Origin: Lingula anatina
Taxonomy: Eukaryota > Animalia > Brachiopoda
Assembly (NCBI GenBank): GCA_051362555.1
Contig: CM120648.1
Span: 8,862,587-8,926,586, forward strand
Reading direction: 5' to 3'
DNA length: 64,000 bases
Shown here: positions 1 to 14,005 of the stretch, piece after piece
Layout: each line of letters starts with the position of its first letter
Position numbering within the stretch: position 1 is the first letter of the stretch
The notes under the pieces: model-generated
The model's database searches: none
Told to the model about the DNA's origin: nothing
Seen by the model: the letters and a program-made list of their open reading frames with translations, nothing else
Position numbers and translations under genes: made by a program

Positions 1-722
1 TAAAAACTTTGAATGAAAAATGTCCACTTTGTGTAGTCAGAAGAACACTGTGTGTGTGTGTGTGTGTGTGTGAGAAAGAGAGAGAGAGAGTTTAGATAAG
101 ATATACTATATAACTGTTTACTAATAATAACTGAAGTATCACTAGGAGCTAGGTAACAATTACACAAAAGGCATTCCAAGTAAAACAATATTTCATTGGA
201 GACTGTAATTCATTGATCTTCAAATCCAATCTGCCATTCATGTATAAAATGTGTCAAAACTGCTTGGAAATAAGAGATAATATTCTATGCATGAGTGACC
301 GTACCACTGATGAGATATTTGCATGAAAGCAGAACAGGGATGGGCCGAGAATTGCGAAGCTGGAACATGCCCGAGGACAGTTTTCAGCGTGTCATTTCAA
401 GCTAGTTGATTTTATATACGCAATGACTCTCAACATTCAGGCACATCACTGGATGAACCCACTTAATATGTTGTAATGTTACTAAGCTGTTAGTTCATGG
501 TCTAGTAGATTTCCATGCAATGACTCTTGTCATTTAGGCATATCTTTGGCACCAGTGCAACATGCTGACAAACGAATAACCAGAGATATGTCTCTATTCC
601 AAGAAAAATGAAAACTCTCAGACCCTTTTAACTATCAATCGAGACAAAGAGGATAAGCACTCGCTATAACCTATATCACCTCTTCTCTTACTGTAATCCA
701 AAGGCAATCAACACTCCCTGTC

Positions 723-893
723 TTAGCAAAATGAAAAGTATGCAGCAATATTGCTGCAAACTTTAGGCAACAAGTTTGCAAAAAAATTGAATATGCTGCA
801 AATTTGCTGCTAAATTGCAAAAAGGAATTGCAGTTTGAAGCAAAATTGTGGCAAATCTGCAGCAAATTTGCGGAAGGCCTGACATTTTGCTAA
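723..893. mobile_element. Small TIR element with internal TGCAGCAAA/TTTGCTGC repeats
   Basis: 11-bp inverted repeat TTAGCAAAATG...CATTTTGCTAA; internally repetitive. Confidence 0.5.
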
Positions 894-1150
894 TATATAC
901 AATTACATGAATGGTCTAGTATAAAGCAACTGGGGATAAGTGTAAGTCAGTTATAAACCATTATGCCTCCAATTACAATACAATTCAAACAAAGTCTTCA
1001 ATACCAGACCTTTTCCCTTTTCACCTAACTTTATTTGTTCTCTCTTTTTCTTCTATCTGAATTCAAAAGGCTGTCTTCAATATCACTCATTTTTTTCTCT
1101 TTCTGTTCAGCAATCTAAATTAAAAACGCTGTCTTAAAAGCCATACTTAC

Positions 1151-1259
1151 GGCAGTGGCCATCATGTGACTTGTTCACCTTAACCGTTCTTTTCAGCTCA
1201 CAGTTTTCTTTTTCAAGCTTGCAAAGATTAGGGTATGTAATGCCATTGCTTCCACAGAC
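1151..1259 (-). CDS. AGRN: Agrin exon: Kazal half of follistatin module 5
   Basis: CTTTTTCACTTCAG acceptor, C|GTAAGT donor, 109 nt, phase 0 in and phase 1 out. Translates VCGSNGITYPNLCKLEKENCELKRTVKVNKSHDGHC. The gene continues beyond position 1. Confidence 0.9.
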
Positions 1260-1292
1260 CTGAAGTGAAAAAGAAAACAAAAAACAATCAAT

Positions 1293-1390
1293 ATTTCATA
1301 ATTTCTTTTTACTTCATCATGTCATTTTACAGGCATGCCCAATTTCATAATTTCTTTTTACTTCATCATGTCATTTTACAGGCATGCCCA
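1293..1390. repeat. Tandem duplication of ~49 bp
   Basis: ATTTCATAATTTCTTTTTACTTCATCATGTCATTTTACAGGCATGCCCA occurs twice. Confidence 0.9.
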
Positions 1391-3285
1391 GTCTCTTTTT
1401 GTATTTTCAAACAAATTAAGTTTTTATGGTACATGCTATCACTTTCAGATTGCTCATCATTTATTTGTCAAAGTTTAATTTAGGTAAATTAAAAACAGTT
1501 TCTGCTAAAATGGTTCCTGACATTTTTATTTGGACTGAAATATTATGTCTATGTTCATGCCTACAAAAAAGGAGCCAGATTCATAACCATGTTTGTACCA
1601 TAAAGGATGGAAGAGGGCCAGGCTGCAGAGAGTACGGAGGCCATTTGGTTCTTTTGTACGGATAAAGATCTGGGCACCTTGGGAAAATATGCGTGAACAT
1701 AGTACTCTTGAACTCTTTTGCAGCTAGAAGAATCACCTTTGGGTGAAAGCACTTAGATCAAATGGACCACACCTGACTCAAACTCCATAGCATTAAATAT
1801 TGATGGAAGAACTCACTTGAGGCTGTAATTATTATCAAGAAAAGTGAATACATCGTACGCGCTATACAAGGAATGTGCGTTGTCATGCTTTAGTGAATGT
1901 CACTGACCAGTCTTAATTGAAAAGAAATCTCGCAGGATTTTAACTTCCAGAAACATCAACATGCAAATACTGTATATTGTTCAAACTTTCTTAAAATAAA
2001 TTGCCATGAATAGAATTCTATCCCAAATGCTTCAAGTTTCATGAAATAGACAAAGTAAAAGGCAATTTAACATGCAATTAAAGCTATGAAAATTAGAAGG
2101 ACAGAAATCACATGCATGCAATGCATATTCACTACAAAAAAGATGAACTCCAAGACTTCACCATGAAATGCCAATGCGGAAATAAAATGACTAAAGGGAG
2201 AAAAAAACATTTTAGTCATTAAAGTTCTTTGTGCCAAAAAATAATGTTCAAAACATGGATATACTGAAAAGCTATATCACTTATATAAATGATGACAAAT
2301 GTCGAAATTCACCCTTTTCAAACACCTTTTATTTAGAAAAGTATTTAACCTTTACAACTGCATGAAATGTCTGGACCCCAAAAGCAACATTTAAACATGT
2401 ACTTTCTATTTAATTTTCACTATGAAATATGCTGTCTGTATCAAGAATAATCATTAGTAAAAATAAATATAATTTTTGGGTCCAGATGTTGATACTATAT
2501 TATTACTATTATCATTATTATTATTATTGTTATTTTAATGAAAATATACAATGATTCCGAGTCTGATGCAACATGTCAACAGGTGACACTTCCCTTTCCA
2601 TGACAAGTAGAAGAATGGTGGTTCTGGGACATATAAAACAGACATTTTTTTCTTCTGTTTGTATTTATTTTTCACAGAATATCTTATGAATATGTATTTT
2701 AAATGTATATTCCAGTAATATTGTCATCTATTGTAAACTGCACTGAGACACAGTGAAGTAAGAACTGGATTTTAATTTTTTTTAAGAATTTAAACATTTT
2801 ATATTGAAGGCAACATTGCAAGGCCACAAAATGAATACTCATGAATAAAAAAAAAAAGAAAGCCCTGAAAACTCTGACTTCTGAAAGCTCTGATTAAACT
2901 TTAAGTCCAAATGAGCCAACAACTTAATCTATATCCATGCATGCCAGACCCCACGTCTTGAAAAAAGGTCCCTGAGGACTGATTGGCTGGTTGATCTGAA
3001 TCATAGTACAATTGATACACCTAGTTTTACTCGATAGTATAATTAAGGGATTTCATTTTTGATAAAAGACTACATGGCCTGTGTATGTGTATTGATGTAC
3101 AAGGTCAGATGAATTAGATCTTAGGACTGCCTGCGACCTTCCCAACGTTCAGTTCAAAGAATTATTCGCCTTAGATTTGACCCAAATTAACGAAATCAAT
3201 TGTACATGGTTCACACCACTAAATTTGCTGGAAGGAGTTCAAAGTGAGCATGAGCATTTTTCAATTTAGATAGAAGTGAGGCATC

Positions 3286-3321
<36 letters not shown>

Positions 3322-4581
3322 CGCACATGCACGTGCGTGTGCGCACATGTGCATGTAAGCATGCCTTCTTGTCGTGACCTTGTCGCAGAATCTTCCCCTC
3401 CAAGGCCAACCCATCATCATTAGACAATGACATTATAAGTGATCAACATCTGTTGCAAATTACCAACAGTTGATGGTATCATCTGCCGATGCAATTAAGT
3501 ATATTTTTTTTGCTGCTGCTGTAGGGCATCTCACAATAAATGATGTCCCCTAGTATCTGTCAGTACATGTAGTTATGTACCTTGTGGTGTTTCGTAATTG
3601 TTGCACCAGAAAAAAGACCAATTGTGTAAAAAAGGACAGTGTCTGTTGCACGGTTAGGTCAATTTTAGATGGCAGTAGCAATTAATTCACAATAGCAGGT
3701 ATATGTATAAGGGTCCACTTCCAGACTTTTTTTTTCTTTTTTGAAATGTAATTTATGAGAGTAGAAGGATGTGGTGCTAATTATCCAGGTATTACAAAGT
3801 AAAGCAATTTATCATTCCAATATTTAATTTTTTTCTGGGTTACTGTTTATTGTAAAATGTTTTCTGTAATTAGTCTTACAAAACATTAAAAAAAAATTTC
3901 GAAAATAATCAAGTCAATTTAAGTATAAAATAAATCCATTATTATCATTCTAGTACTAGTCCACTTAAATTAAGTATCACGAAAGTATTAATCTGAACCG
4001 TAAGTCATGTCTTAATACTTATAAAACAGGCACAATATTTCATTTAATTTGGCTGTTACTTATTCATCTTCAAAGTAAACTCAATCTTTGGTCTAAAATG
4101 TTAGACCCCTTTTTGGGCAATAACTCTGGAAATGATCCAATTTACATTTTACAGCTTAGGGATCTTTTTAGTATAAGAAAAGGTAATAAAATTTTGTTAC
4201 TGAATATAAAATTAATGTCTTATCAACTTTTGGCAAAATGTGGGGAATAACTGCTACTGTAACAATTATTGTAAAAACATGTAATTTAAGAAAATTTCAA
4301 AAACAGGCAGGGACAGGGGGATACGGGGGGGGGGGGGAGGAGGTTCAAAGGAACTCACTGCAACACTGATTGAAAAAGATCCACTTTGAATCAAATGTGA
4401 TCTGTTTCTAAACCATATCTCAAGTAGGGTCAATTAAGGGGATAAAAAGGTTCATGGTTCACTCATTTGTTTAGCCAAAGACCTCAGAGTGTTCCCCTAT
4501 CCAAAAGTATTAAAGACAGGTCTGCATTGCACAAGTCTCTTTATTTCTCTTCTTTCTAGCTAGCTGTGAGACAAAGTGTAA

Positions 4582-4883
4582 GGCCGCATTCACATCGAGT
4601 TGAGCCATGGCTCTACAAAGCCACGAACTAAATATGGCGGACGTACATGAAAGGAAAACCACCTCATCTTTTGATAGTCTCTCTGCCTCTCACACGCCTC
4701 CCCTAGCGTCATCCCAGTGGGGGTACAGTCATTAAATCTCAGCTCCATTGGGACGACACATGGGGAGGCGTGTGAGAGGCGGAGAGACTATTAAAAGATT
4801 AGGCGGTTTTCGTTTCATGTATGTCCACCATATTTAGTTCGTGGCTTTGTACAGCCATGGCTCAACTCGATGTGAATGCGGTC
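4582..4883. mobile_element. Fully palindromic MITE, PIF/Harbinger (Tourist)-like, family A1
   Basis: TAA flanks both ends. GGCCGCATTCACATCGAGTTGAGCCATGGCT...AGCCATGGCTCAACTCGATGTGAATGCGGTC; arms pair over ~140 bp each. Contains AAATATGGC. Confidence 0.9.
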
Positions 4884-6549
4884 TAAGATTATAATGGATA
4901 TGTCTACTTAATTCTTAGTAACCTTGCTTGAAAAAAAAGCCATAAACTAATCCATGTTCCCTTGAGATGCGTGTGTGTGTGGAACTTTGCAATTCTCTGA
5001 CAATAAATATCTGCAAGAAATTAATTTCAATGATATCTCTTATCCCAGTGTCACACTAATCCTTCTGGAAATCTGCTTTGATAAAAATAATCATTTCTTT
5101 TCCCTTGTGCTCAAAGTTCATGTAAATATAAAACTTCTTATCGTGTCCTATCATAATGCATTTACCTACAATATGGTACTTGGTACACATCACTCAATGA
5201 CAGCGAGAATGGCCGACAGGAAAATACACCGGTCGTTGGACAATAATAAGGGCACCATATTTGTTCAGAGCTCAATTTTATTACACCAAATTCACCCAAT
5301 TTCATTAAAGATTAATATGAGATCACGGACATTGATATTTCAATCTATTTCCACTTCAATCAACTCTCAAAGCACATACAATGACAATGCAGTCATGTAG
5401 CTATCATGGCAAATGATTATTTTGCTTGATACACTGTAATAAAGCATAATGTTAACGACATTTTTTTATGTCTTAGTACGAAATCCGACACTTTGCACAC
5501 TAATGATATGTCACCTAGAATGGAAAATAATTAATTAAATCAAATAATGCTTTAATATCTGGTGTTTAAGATAATTATGTGTCAATTAATTTATAATGCA
5601 TGTACTTAATTAATAAACAGATGGTGCTGACAGATGAAGTTCGTGGCTATATGGCTATTTTAGTTGACAGAATTTGATCATGTGTAATTCATAATTTAAG
5701 ACGGTACATGTAACTTTGTTTAGAATTTTAAATTTTAATCTGCAATCCTCACATTGTAGAGTGCTGAGATTAACATGGAGTGCTGTTTCAAAGAAAATTA
5801 TTATTATTACTATATAGTGCTTGTCCATATAAAACATGTATTTCAGTCAGTTAAACAAAAACATAATGATTCATAGAAGTCTTTCACACAATACATAAAT
5901 TGCATGTGTAACAAAATTGCTTAATGAAATAGCTTCCACTCAAAGGAAAAATTGCAACGACACTTCTCTTCCCCATGTAATCACTGCTGTGATCAAACCA
6001 TTCAACGACATTGTGTCATTCAATAGTGTGTGGCATTGGAACGGTTGCCAATCACATGCTGTTTACCTCCCTGGGGATTAGTGACTGAATGACATAATTT
6101 GTTCAAGCAGATTTGAGAACTGTTCAGACAAGATCAAATTTGAACCGGAAATGTGATTTCAGTCAAATCAATCGATGATATTTCATAACCACACATTCAA
6201 ATGTCTTACTTAGACAAAAATTGGGCCATTCTATCAGAGGTTCAGACTACAGGGAATAAATTCCACTGCAACGTAAAGCACTGTCTGATGAACCTGTTCA
6301 GTTCATGATAAAGCTTTGTCCAAATATCAGTCCAGAATGCATTTCATGAACAATTAATTTAATAAGACTATAAAAAGGTAAAAGGTAAAAGCAGGACTTT
6401 AAAAAGCCATACTAATCAACTATGGAGTGTGTAAGGTGATGGTTTCCAAGTTATAATACTATGAGATTAAACCACATGCAATTGTATGTTAACTTAGTCA
6501 AAGAGTTTTTTTGTCTGAATATCAATTGCTTTATCATTTTTATTTCTAA

Positions 6550-6741
6550 GGGCCTATACAGAACCAGCTGATTCATTGACTAAATATGGCGCAATCAACC
6601 TACTTAAAATCATGCCAAGATTTCACTGCTCTCCCTCTGCAGGGACAGCATACGTGAGAGGCAGGAATCCATTGTCAGGTGTACACCATATTTGATCCCT
6701 GGACTAGTTTGTCTGAGGTTCAACTGGTTGTGAACAAGCCC
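6550..6741. mobile_element. PIF/Harbinger-like MITE, family A2
   Basis: TAA flanks; ends GGGCCTATACAGAACCAG...CTGGTTGTGAACAAGCCC. The interior is the reverse complement of the 37707-37913 copy. Confidence 0.75.
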
Positions 6742-7672
6742 TAAAACACACCCACACATATTCCTCTCATCGGCACATAAGACATGTAGCCTGGAGATTG
6801 TCAGAAAACATTTTCAGACCAACAACCACTAATTTGACCTAATGCCCCCCCTCCCACTGTTCTTAGACATCACAATTAAGTTAGCTTGACTAGTTTTTTT
6901 AAACATATATTATTCAGTGCCCATAAGCTTAATGGAAATTGCTCAAGCGTTAGGGCATTCGGGGACCCCCTGGGGTTTGTAATTTGCCCTTGTGAGTATT
7001 CCACCTCTGCTCTTAAATGTACAGTGCCTTGTTGTACACAGAGAGCTCGTTATTATATCTAAAATTGCTGGTAACTTCAGTAATAAGGATAATAGCCCAT
7101 ATTTTGTATTCAGACACTGTACCTTAAATTGATTTTTTCATCTTTCAAAGATTAATTTTTGTTTGCTTCATTCAATTTAATTAATCAAATTATATACAAG
7201 GTATCTATATAATTGCATGTAAAACCTAATAAACTACATTTACTCAAATTAATATTGATGTTCATGTAATCATTTATGTCAATTTTTGTTTGCTTTTGTA
7301 CAGAAAAAAATTAAGCCATTAAATCAAAATAATAATAACAACACTGGTGTTAGTTTGTAAGCAGAGTGCCCATATAGCAATATACTACACTAACTGACAT
7401 AAACCCCAATCTTACAATATAATTATTCAAAAAGAAAAAGAAATATATTCCAACTTTTTTCAATCAACAAAGGACGAAATATGCATGCTTCTTGTCTTGA
7501 CAAAGCAAAAGAAAGAGATAAATACTTATAAATTGATAATAATGTGCAACACACAATGGGCTAACAAATTTAAGAAAACTCTGTACAAAGTGCAATAAAA
7601 TAATAATAAATAAAAATATTAAAAAAAATAATAATTTGTATTTAGTATAATCAGTAAGAAAATGCCACCTAC

Positions 7673-7794
7673 CGGTTTATCGTCATCGGGACACGTCTTA
7701 CATGTGCAAACACCCCTGCCTTGTTGAACGGTGCATACGCCTCCGTGCTTGCATGTGACAGATTCACACGGGTTGGTCACCATGGGTCCAGTAC
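7673..7794 (-). CDS. AGRN: Agrin exon: N-terminal half of follistatin module 5
   Basis: GTTATAACAG acceptor, CCG|GTAGGT donor, 122 nt, phase 1 in and phase 0 out. Translates (G)TGPMVTNPCESVTCKHGGVCTVQQGRGVCTCKTCPDDDKP and joins the 1259 exon to rebuild KP|VCGSNG. Confidence 0.9.
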
Positions 7795-7864
7795 CTGTTA
7801 TAACAACACAAACAACTGTCACAAAGGCGAGAGCAGTGTAAAATGCAGTCCTCTCATCACACAT
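7795..7864 (-). CDS. AGRN: Putative alternative in-frame 5' extension of the FS5 exon encoding a signal peptide
   Basis: The first ATG after an in-frame TAG (7898-7900) reads MCDERTAFYTALAFVTVVCVVITG-TGPMVTNPC: charged n-region, ~17-residue hydrophobic h-region and a plausible I-T-G cleavage site. Confidence 0.62.
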
Positions 7865-10651
7865 CCCAGAATCCTCTCCTGCTGTCACTGTCGTCTGCTA
7901 ATTTCTACATTCAAGATGGAAAACTGTTGAATTTTTAAAAATTCACTGTCACAAAAACCAGCGCAGGACATTTTTCCCCATCATCAAACATCCCATAATG
8001 ATCAACTGCTGGGCCGTCTGCTACTTTTCTGTCATCTGTTAATGTCTTCTTCCAAAATGGAGGGAAAGTTGAAAAAAGAAATCAAATTATATGAGTGATA
8101 GGGGTTAACCATAGCAATCTTTTATGTCTAAATGAGCAAATAGTTTTTCCTCCCTGTAAGTCATTCACTGTGTCAGTTTCCAAGATGGAGAAACGGACTT
8201 CCAAAAAACAAGTCCTGATACAAGTTTGACGTTGTTATCAAGATTTTGTCAATGAGGCACTATCATGCAATAAATCCCTCTGCGATAAATCTTGTCTACG
8301 GCATCTTAGAAAACAGTCAACTGGATCAGTTATTGAATATGAAACCAACTCGATCCTCGACGGGGTCCCTAAGAAAAATGCATTTGCAATAAATATCCCA
8401 ATATCTGGAAAAAACGTTCCCACAAAACAACCAAATTAGTGGCTATCAACCTCCTTCGTCTGGCTTGTCCGATGGATTTGTGATCTGCCAATTTTACTTT
8501 CATCGGTGGCTTTCATTCCTCCTCCTTGCTTTTAATGAGTTTGCAAATACAATTATGACACTGGGCTTAGAAGGGAACTCAGAGCTATTGATCCTTCCAA
8601 ATGTTTTTTCGGAGAAGGCGGAGGCTTTCACTTAATTGGCTGCAAAATGTAGCAGCCAACTTCAACTGTCAAGAAAAAATGTTTTAACAAACTGTTGCCT
8701 TGTGGCCAATAATTTAAGGAATTGTATAATAAATTAGCTTTAGTCTGTCTTTATAAAACTGATATCCATAAATAAGATATTTCAATGAGCTAGCTAGGAC
8801 ACTTCAGTCAAGTGTTTAAATCGTCACAAATGAATCAAATGGACTCCCAGCTGAGTACCTTAAATAAAGTTTCCAGAGCTTACCATTAAAAAAAATGGTC
8901 ACTCATTCGTCTGACTCGTTTCAATCTCCACGAGTTTTTTTTTCATTCATGCAAATTCAGTATCAGCAAAAAATATACACATTGTCATTTTTCCATTAAT
9001 TGCTTTCCTCACGTCACATTCGTATTTTACCACCAACAAAAAAAGCTCTTCACTGATGAAATTAGGACATAGTGCAATCAAGTATCATTTTCTATCCTAA
9101 AATTCTGAAATGTTCCTAATCCATGCACTGATCTGTCTTCAATTAACTAATTAATGTCTTATAAAAAGTCTCAAAAGACTTTCTACAGTAACTGTAAGAG
9201 AATAAACCCAGACAGGATTTTTTTTAACCACGTTAAGTCTAAGAAGCTACTCTAAGATGCTCTTTGATGAACTTAGTTCCACAGTCAACAAACAATGTGA
9301 TCCTGGCATCTCAACCCAAGACTTCTGGTCTGTATTAAGTCAACCGATCTGGTTATATACCGGGTACATACACCAAGATGGACGCAGGGATCCCAAAGGG
9401 GATATTAAGGTCCCCTTGGCTTTCGCAGCCTAAATGGAGTTCATAGAATTTCTTTTCCATATTGAAATCTAATTGTGGCTGATTATGTTCAGTCATCTGT
9501 AAAAATGAAGAGTAATATTATCACAGATTATGATGTCTTAATCAAATAGGCTGTATAGTTTTCTCCCCCAAGACATACATACGAACATATACGTGTCGCT
9601 TGGTTAAAAGGTTTGATTCAAAATTTACTGCCTTCTTCATATTTTTGTCTAAATAAAATGAATTACAAATAGTTTGCTCAGTTATACAAATCCCTTGCTT
9701 GACAAATTTTAATCAAAATTGTCTCTGAAGTATATAACCCAGTAATCTCGATACTTTAATCAAAATGTCTTGCCAATTCTTATTCTAAGCCAGATAAAAC
9801 GTTTTTTGTCAGAACCACTCACTCTGCCCTCCCCTCTTGAGGATATTTCCTCTCCCTCTGAGCACTTAATATTCTTTCCTTCAAAACCCTCTATATTTTT
9901 CTGTCAGTAAAATTGAAAACCAAAGTAAGATGTTCTATAGAACTCCCAAGTAATTCCGTTACAGCTTCCTACAACTAAAAGAGCACTTATCATTTCTCCA
10001 GCACAACACTGTCATCTCGTCAAAGCCATTGAAAGCCAGAAATAAGCCTTTCTATAAAGAAGAAGACAGGGTTTTCTTCTCACGCAAGCCAATTGACTAC
10101 CAATCGATTTTACGCTATTTAATTTGGGTTAATTAATAAAATGTGAAGAGACCATTAAGCATCTCTCCTGACATCTTGATTGGCAGGTGGTATGGCTGGG
10201 CATCCCTGATGGATCTGATATGTCTGGGAGTGTACTCACAAGAGATTCTGAATAGCTTGTGAAAAGCAAATTCTTTCATTTTGTAAATATTTATTTATTA
10301 GTTTGTTTGTTTGTTTGTTTTTTAACATTATGTACCTGAAGGGAGATATTATTCTTGCTTCCAGGCAGCCAACTCTAGCATTTGATGCTGGAACTTTTGC
10401 CCACATCAAGATGTCAGATTTTGACATTTTCAAACATGCTGATGTATCTCGAGATAAAATCAATAAACTAAACTGGTCAGACAAATCAATAATTAAAAGC
10501 TCTGACAGTCTATGGCTATGGGCAAATTCACACAAGATTCAGCTAGATCTCTTATGACAAATATTAAAAACTCTTCTCTAAATCAGTGGCTAAGAGCTAG
10601 CTTTCAGTTGTAAATTGCAGGAATGCCACATATATTGTGCAACACTTTTTG

Positions 10652-10866
10652 GTGTGTGTGTGTGTGTGTGTGCGTGCGCGCGTACGTGTTTTTTTTCACA
10701 TGTACTTGGTGTGTATGCATGTGTGCGTGTATGTGCGTGTGTACATGTGCTTGGTGTGTATGTGTGTGCACAAGTGTGATATGGATGTGTGCATATGCAT
10801 CTGTGCACAGAGACATGCACATATCTATTTGCATGCATGCATGTACATGCATGCACATGTACATGA
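10652..10866. repeat. (TG)n / cryptic purine-pyrimidine repeat
   Basis: GT run followed by TGCA/TGTA variants. Similar tracts occur at 49-90, 3287-3356, 24005-24043, 26815-26975 and 51218-51340. Confidence 0.85.
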
Positions 10867-13164
10867 GCCTTCAAGTGGAAGGCATATATATCATAACATA
10901 ACCCAGAGCCTAAACCACACTAATCACATCAAATACTATCTCCTATACAGACAGCCAGCCAATTATCCCCAGTCAGGAATTATACCTTCATTCCACAATA
11001 ATGGAAGGGTGTTTATAGACATAAAAACACAATCAGCTGAGATCAAAGTATTTGCTAATGATGACTAGTGTATGACTAGGAATTCTAAGTTCATTATGAA
11101 TTGCTGTTCTTCTAATTTTTTTCTGCAATAAATTCTCCCATGTGTTTTAAAACATTGTGGAAAAATGAAATTGCCCAATGAGTATCACAATTTTATCAAT
11201 TACCTCTTTTTAATGGTGACATTTTATCCCACTGGTAGCTTAGACTTGAAATAAATCACCAACATTTTGTTTTCCTTTTGTTCTTTTTCTTCTACCTTCA
11301 AAAAATTTCAAATGGATGTTTAAAACATCTTCAGTCAAGCAAATTTGTTCTATTACTGATCTTAAGATTTAAATGTTCATATACAAGTAATTATTAACTC
11401 TCTAACTGATGACACATTCCATTTTTTTAATTAAAAAGTTGAGACCTAGCTTAGTGGCATATGCAAGAGACTTTTGCACATCACTTGAGATTTTCTAGGG
11501 AAATATCCCTTGAAGTTTTCTTGAAAAAAAAAAAAAAAAAAAAAACAGGCGAAATACTTGAAATCATGCACTGCTGCACTGCAAAAAAGAGCCACAACTC
11601 ATAATTTTATTTATGAAGCTCCCCTCATCTTGCAATCTAAAATACTGGGATGACTTGGGCCTGGGAGCAATTACAGAAACTATCTCGTCTACATTTTCTT
11701 TTTTGACAAAAAATATATACTCTCTCGAAGTTAAAAAACTACAAGGCAATTACAAGGAGCATCTAATCCCACTGCTGTGGTACCATTTTCTTGATAATCT
11801 AAAGAAATCAATGCTTCTGGGACGCCAGAGACTCAAACTAACACGGTGAGTTGATTGGTATATTTACAGTGGAGTCGGCTCGGGATTCTGACACCCAGTA
11901 ATCTTATTGATTTGAGAGCCAATCTCTTTTCTTTTTCTTTTTTTTTTTCTGTCTCTTACGATTTTCGGAGTCCTACTCGTATCAGCCCTCAGTCTTCCTA
12001 CTCTGGGATGAAACCAATCTCATGAACTTGTGCAACATAAAAAATACTGATTTTAATATGCCATTGAAAATCGAAGAAATAAGGTCAAGATATTTACTTT
12101 TGAATGGGCATGGTCTGTTTGTTTCATTGTGATCAGTGTTACGATGAATTGGTAAACACTGGTAGACAAAATATGTTGGAGCTTGCACTGCAGTTAAGGG
12201 ATTCATAGAAAAAAGCCTTAAGACTAAAAAAAGGATATTCAAATAATATTCAAATATTTGGAAAAATATTGAGTGTCCGATAGTTCAAATTTTTCTTAGT
12301 CCGAGGGTCTGCTTTTATGATAATGGTTATTGATGCGAAAGCTGCATGTGAAAGAAGAGCTTTTAACTATTACATGCCCTGACATTTTGTGTATGGATTT
12401 CATGCGTACTATTTTCTCTTACCTATTTTGAATATACACATATAAACATGAGTCCATGTACTATTATTATATTACTATTGTTTGCCTGTTATTTCGCAAC
12501 ATGTGCATTTGCATATCATGCATATAGAGTTAATTCTTCATAGCAGAATATACAGTGTCCATTTTATTCCTGACGCCATTTTTTGTCTGCACTCAAATAC
12601 TTTAGCCCATATACTCATATACATAAGGCCTCAGAACAGCATTCCCTAGATACACTGGTCCCTCGGTACAAAAGACCTTCAGCACAATGAACCCTTGAAA
12701 CAACGCACCCTAATTCTGAACTTAACATATTTGTTACGCACGTCCCTTTGGTGAATTACTTTATTAAATAAACATGGCTTTGCTCCTACTATCTACTCCA
12801 ATCAATATTTGTAATCTGATCACTGTAGGAAAACAATATCTCACTTACACATATTCTAAAAGGGGCCAAATTTTTAAAAGTGCGAACATGCCAACTGTTT
12901 CTTAATCTTGTCTCTCCATATGTAACAGGTATTCCCACTATTTTACTACTTAATCCTCCTTTGATCAGTTTCCATTATTATCATAAGTTGTAGTATTAGT
13001 GGTAGTAGTAGTAGTAGTAGTAGAAAAAGTAGTACTTGTATGATATTTTATTAGTTAATTCTACTTTGATCAGTTATCATTATTATCATTGTTCTGTCAT
13101 TCTGTTATTGCCATCTGTCATAAGTAGAACTGGTAGAAGTATGCCATGTAGTTACTGTAGTAGT

Positions 13165-13331
13165 CAGGGGCGGATTCAGAGATATTTTCTGACAGTCTTT
13201 CAAATTATCTTTGTTGATACATTCTTCTTTTTTGACCGTCTTCCAACAAAAAAATTAGATACCCGTCAATGTTAACATGAAAATCTGACCGTCTTCCGGA
13301 AGACCCAGAAGACGACCTAAATCCACCCCTA
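13165..13331. mobile_element. hAT-like MITE, family C
   Basis: TIR CAGGGGCGGATT...AATCCACCCCTA with an 8-bp flanking duplication GTAGTAGT (inside a TAG repeat, so weak evidence); internal TGACCGTCTTC repeats. Confidence 0.75.
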
Positions 13332-13834
13332 GTAGTAGTACATTTAGTAGTAGCAGAAGTAGTTCCTAGCAGTAGAATGTAGTAATACCAAGCATGAATG
13401 TACCAATTATAGATTAGCATAAAATTCCTCTTTATATATATATATATATATATCTACATAACATGAGGGAATTCTTTTCAAAAATTGCCCTTTTTGTTGG
13501 AAAAGGTCCTTGCGAACTCAAAATTTCAACTAGTTTCTTTGCCATTTCTCAAGCTGGGTAAATTTCAGTCAGTGGTAATTAAAAAAAACTGATGTTTTCA
13601 GAATAATCCTTTGAGGCTTTCAAATGTCTGACTGGAGGCCTGATTGTACAGTAAGCATCAACTGTCAATTCCAAGCTACTGTTTGTCAGGACCAATTAGT
13701 CAACCATCTGATAAAGAAATGTGCTGACTAGTTAATTAACACACACTATCAGATATCTCTGTATGGAGCTTTTCAAAGAGTTCAGTGATTAGCAGAGGAA
13801 GTGAACTGAGAAACTGCTGACACATTCACTACTC

Positions 13835-13865
<31 letters not shown>

Positions 13866-13891
13866 GGTACTTGTATATACATACTTGTAGC

Positions 13892-13937
13892 ACATAGTAG
13901 TTAGAAAGCCTTTAAATGTAAAAACATTTCTGTGCTC

Positions 13938-14005
<68 letters not shown>
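13892..14005 (+). repeat. Dispersed ~50-bp repeat with (AAT)n tail (probable retroposon 3' end)
   Basis: ACATAG.AGTTAGAAAGCCTTTAAATGTAAAAACATTTCTGTGCTCAATAA also occurs at 34259-34310. Confidence 0.75.

Noticed and set aside
300-335. CTGATGAG...GAAA hammerhead-like core (also CTGATAC-GAGTAGGACTC-CGAAA on the minus strand near 11962-11992)
   Set aside because: Stem II does not pair in the first case, the core deviates from CUGANGA in the second, and I could not find stems I and III for either.
4975-5400. 141-aa plus-strand ORF
   Set aside because: GTG start, no recognisable motif, and no supporting splice structure; likely a chance ORF.
10590-11068. Overlapping ORFs rich in H/T/C/V/M (also 3211-3420, 26778-27041, 51019-51336)
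   Set aside because: They are translations of (CA/TG)n-like repeats open on both strands, with no domain.
12270-12713. Possible old TIR element ending ACAACGCACCC-TAA (similar case at 30432-31050)
   Set aside because: Only one end is clearly recognisable, so the boundaries cannot be supported.
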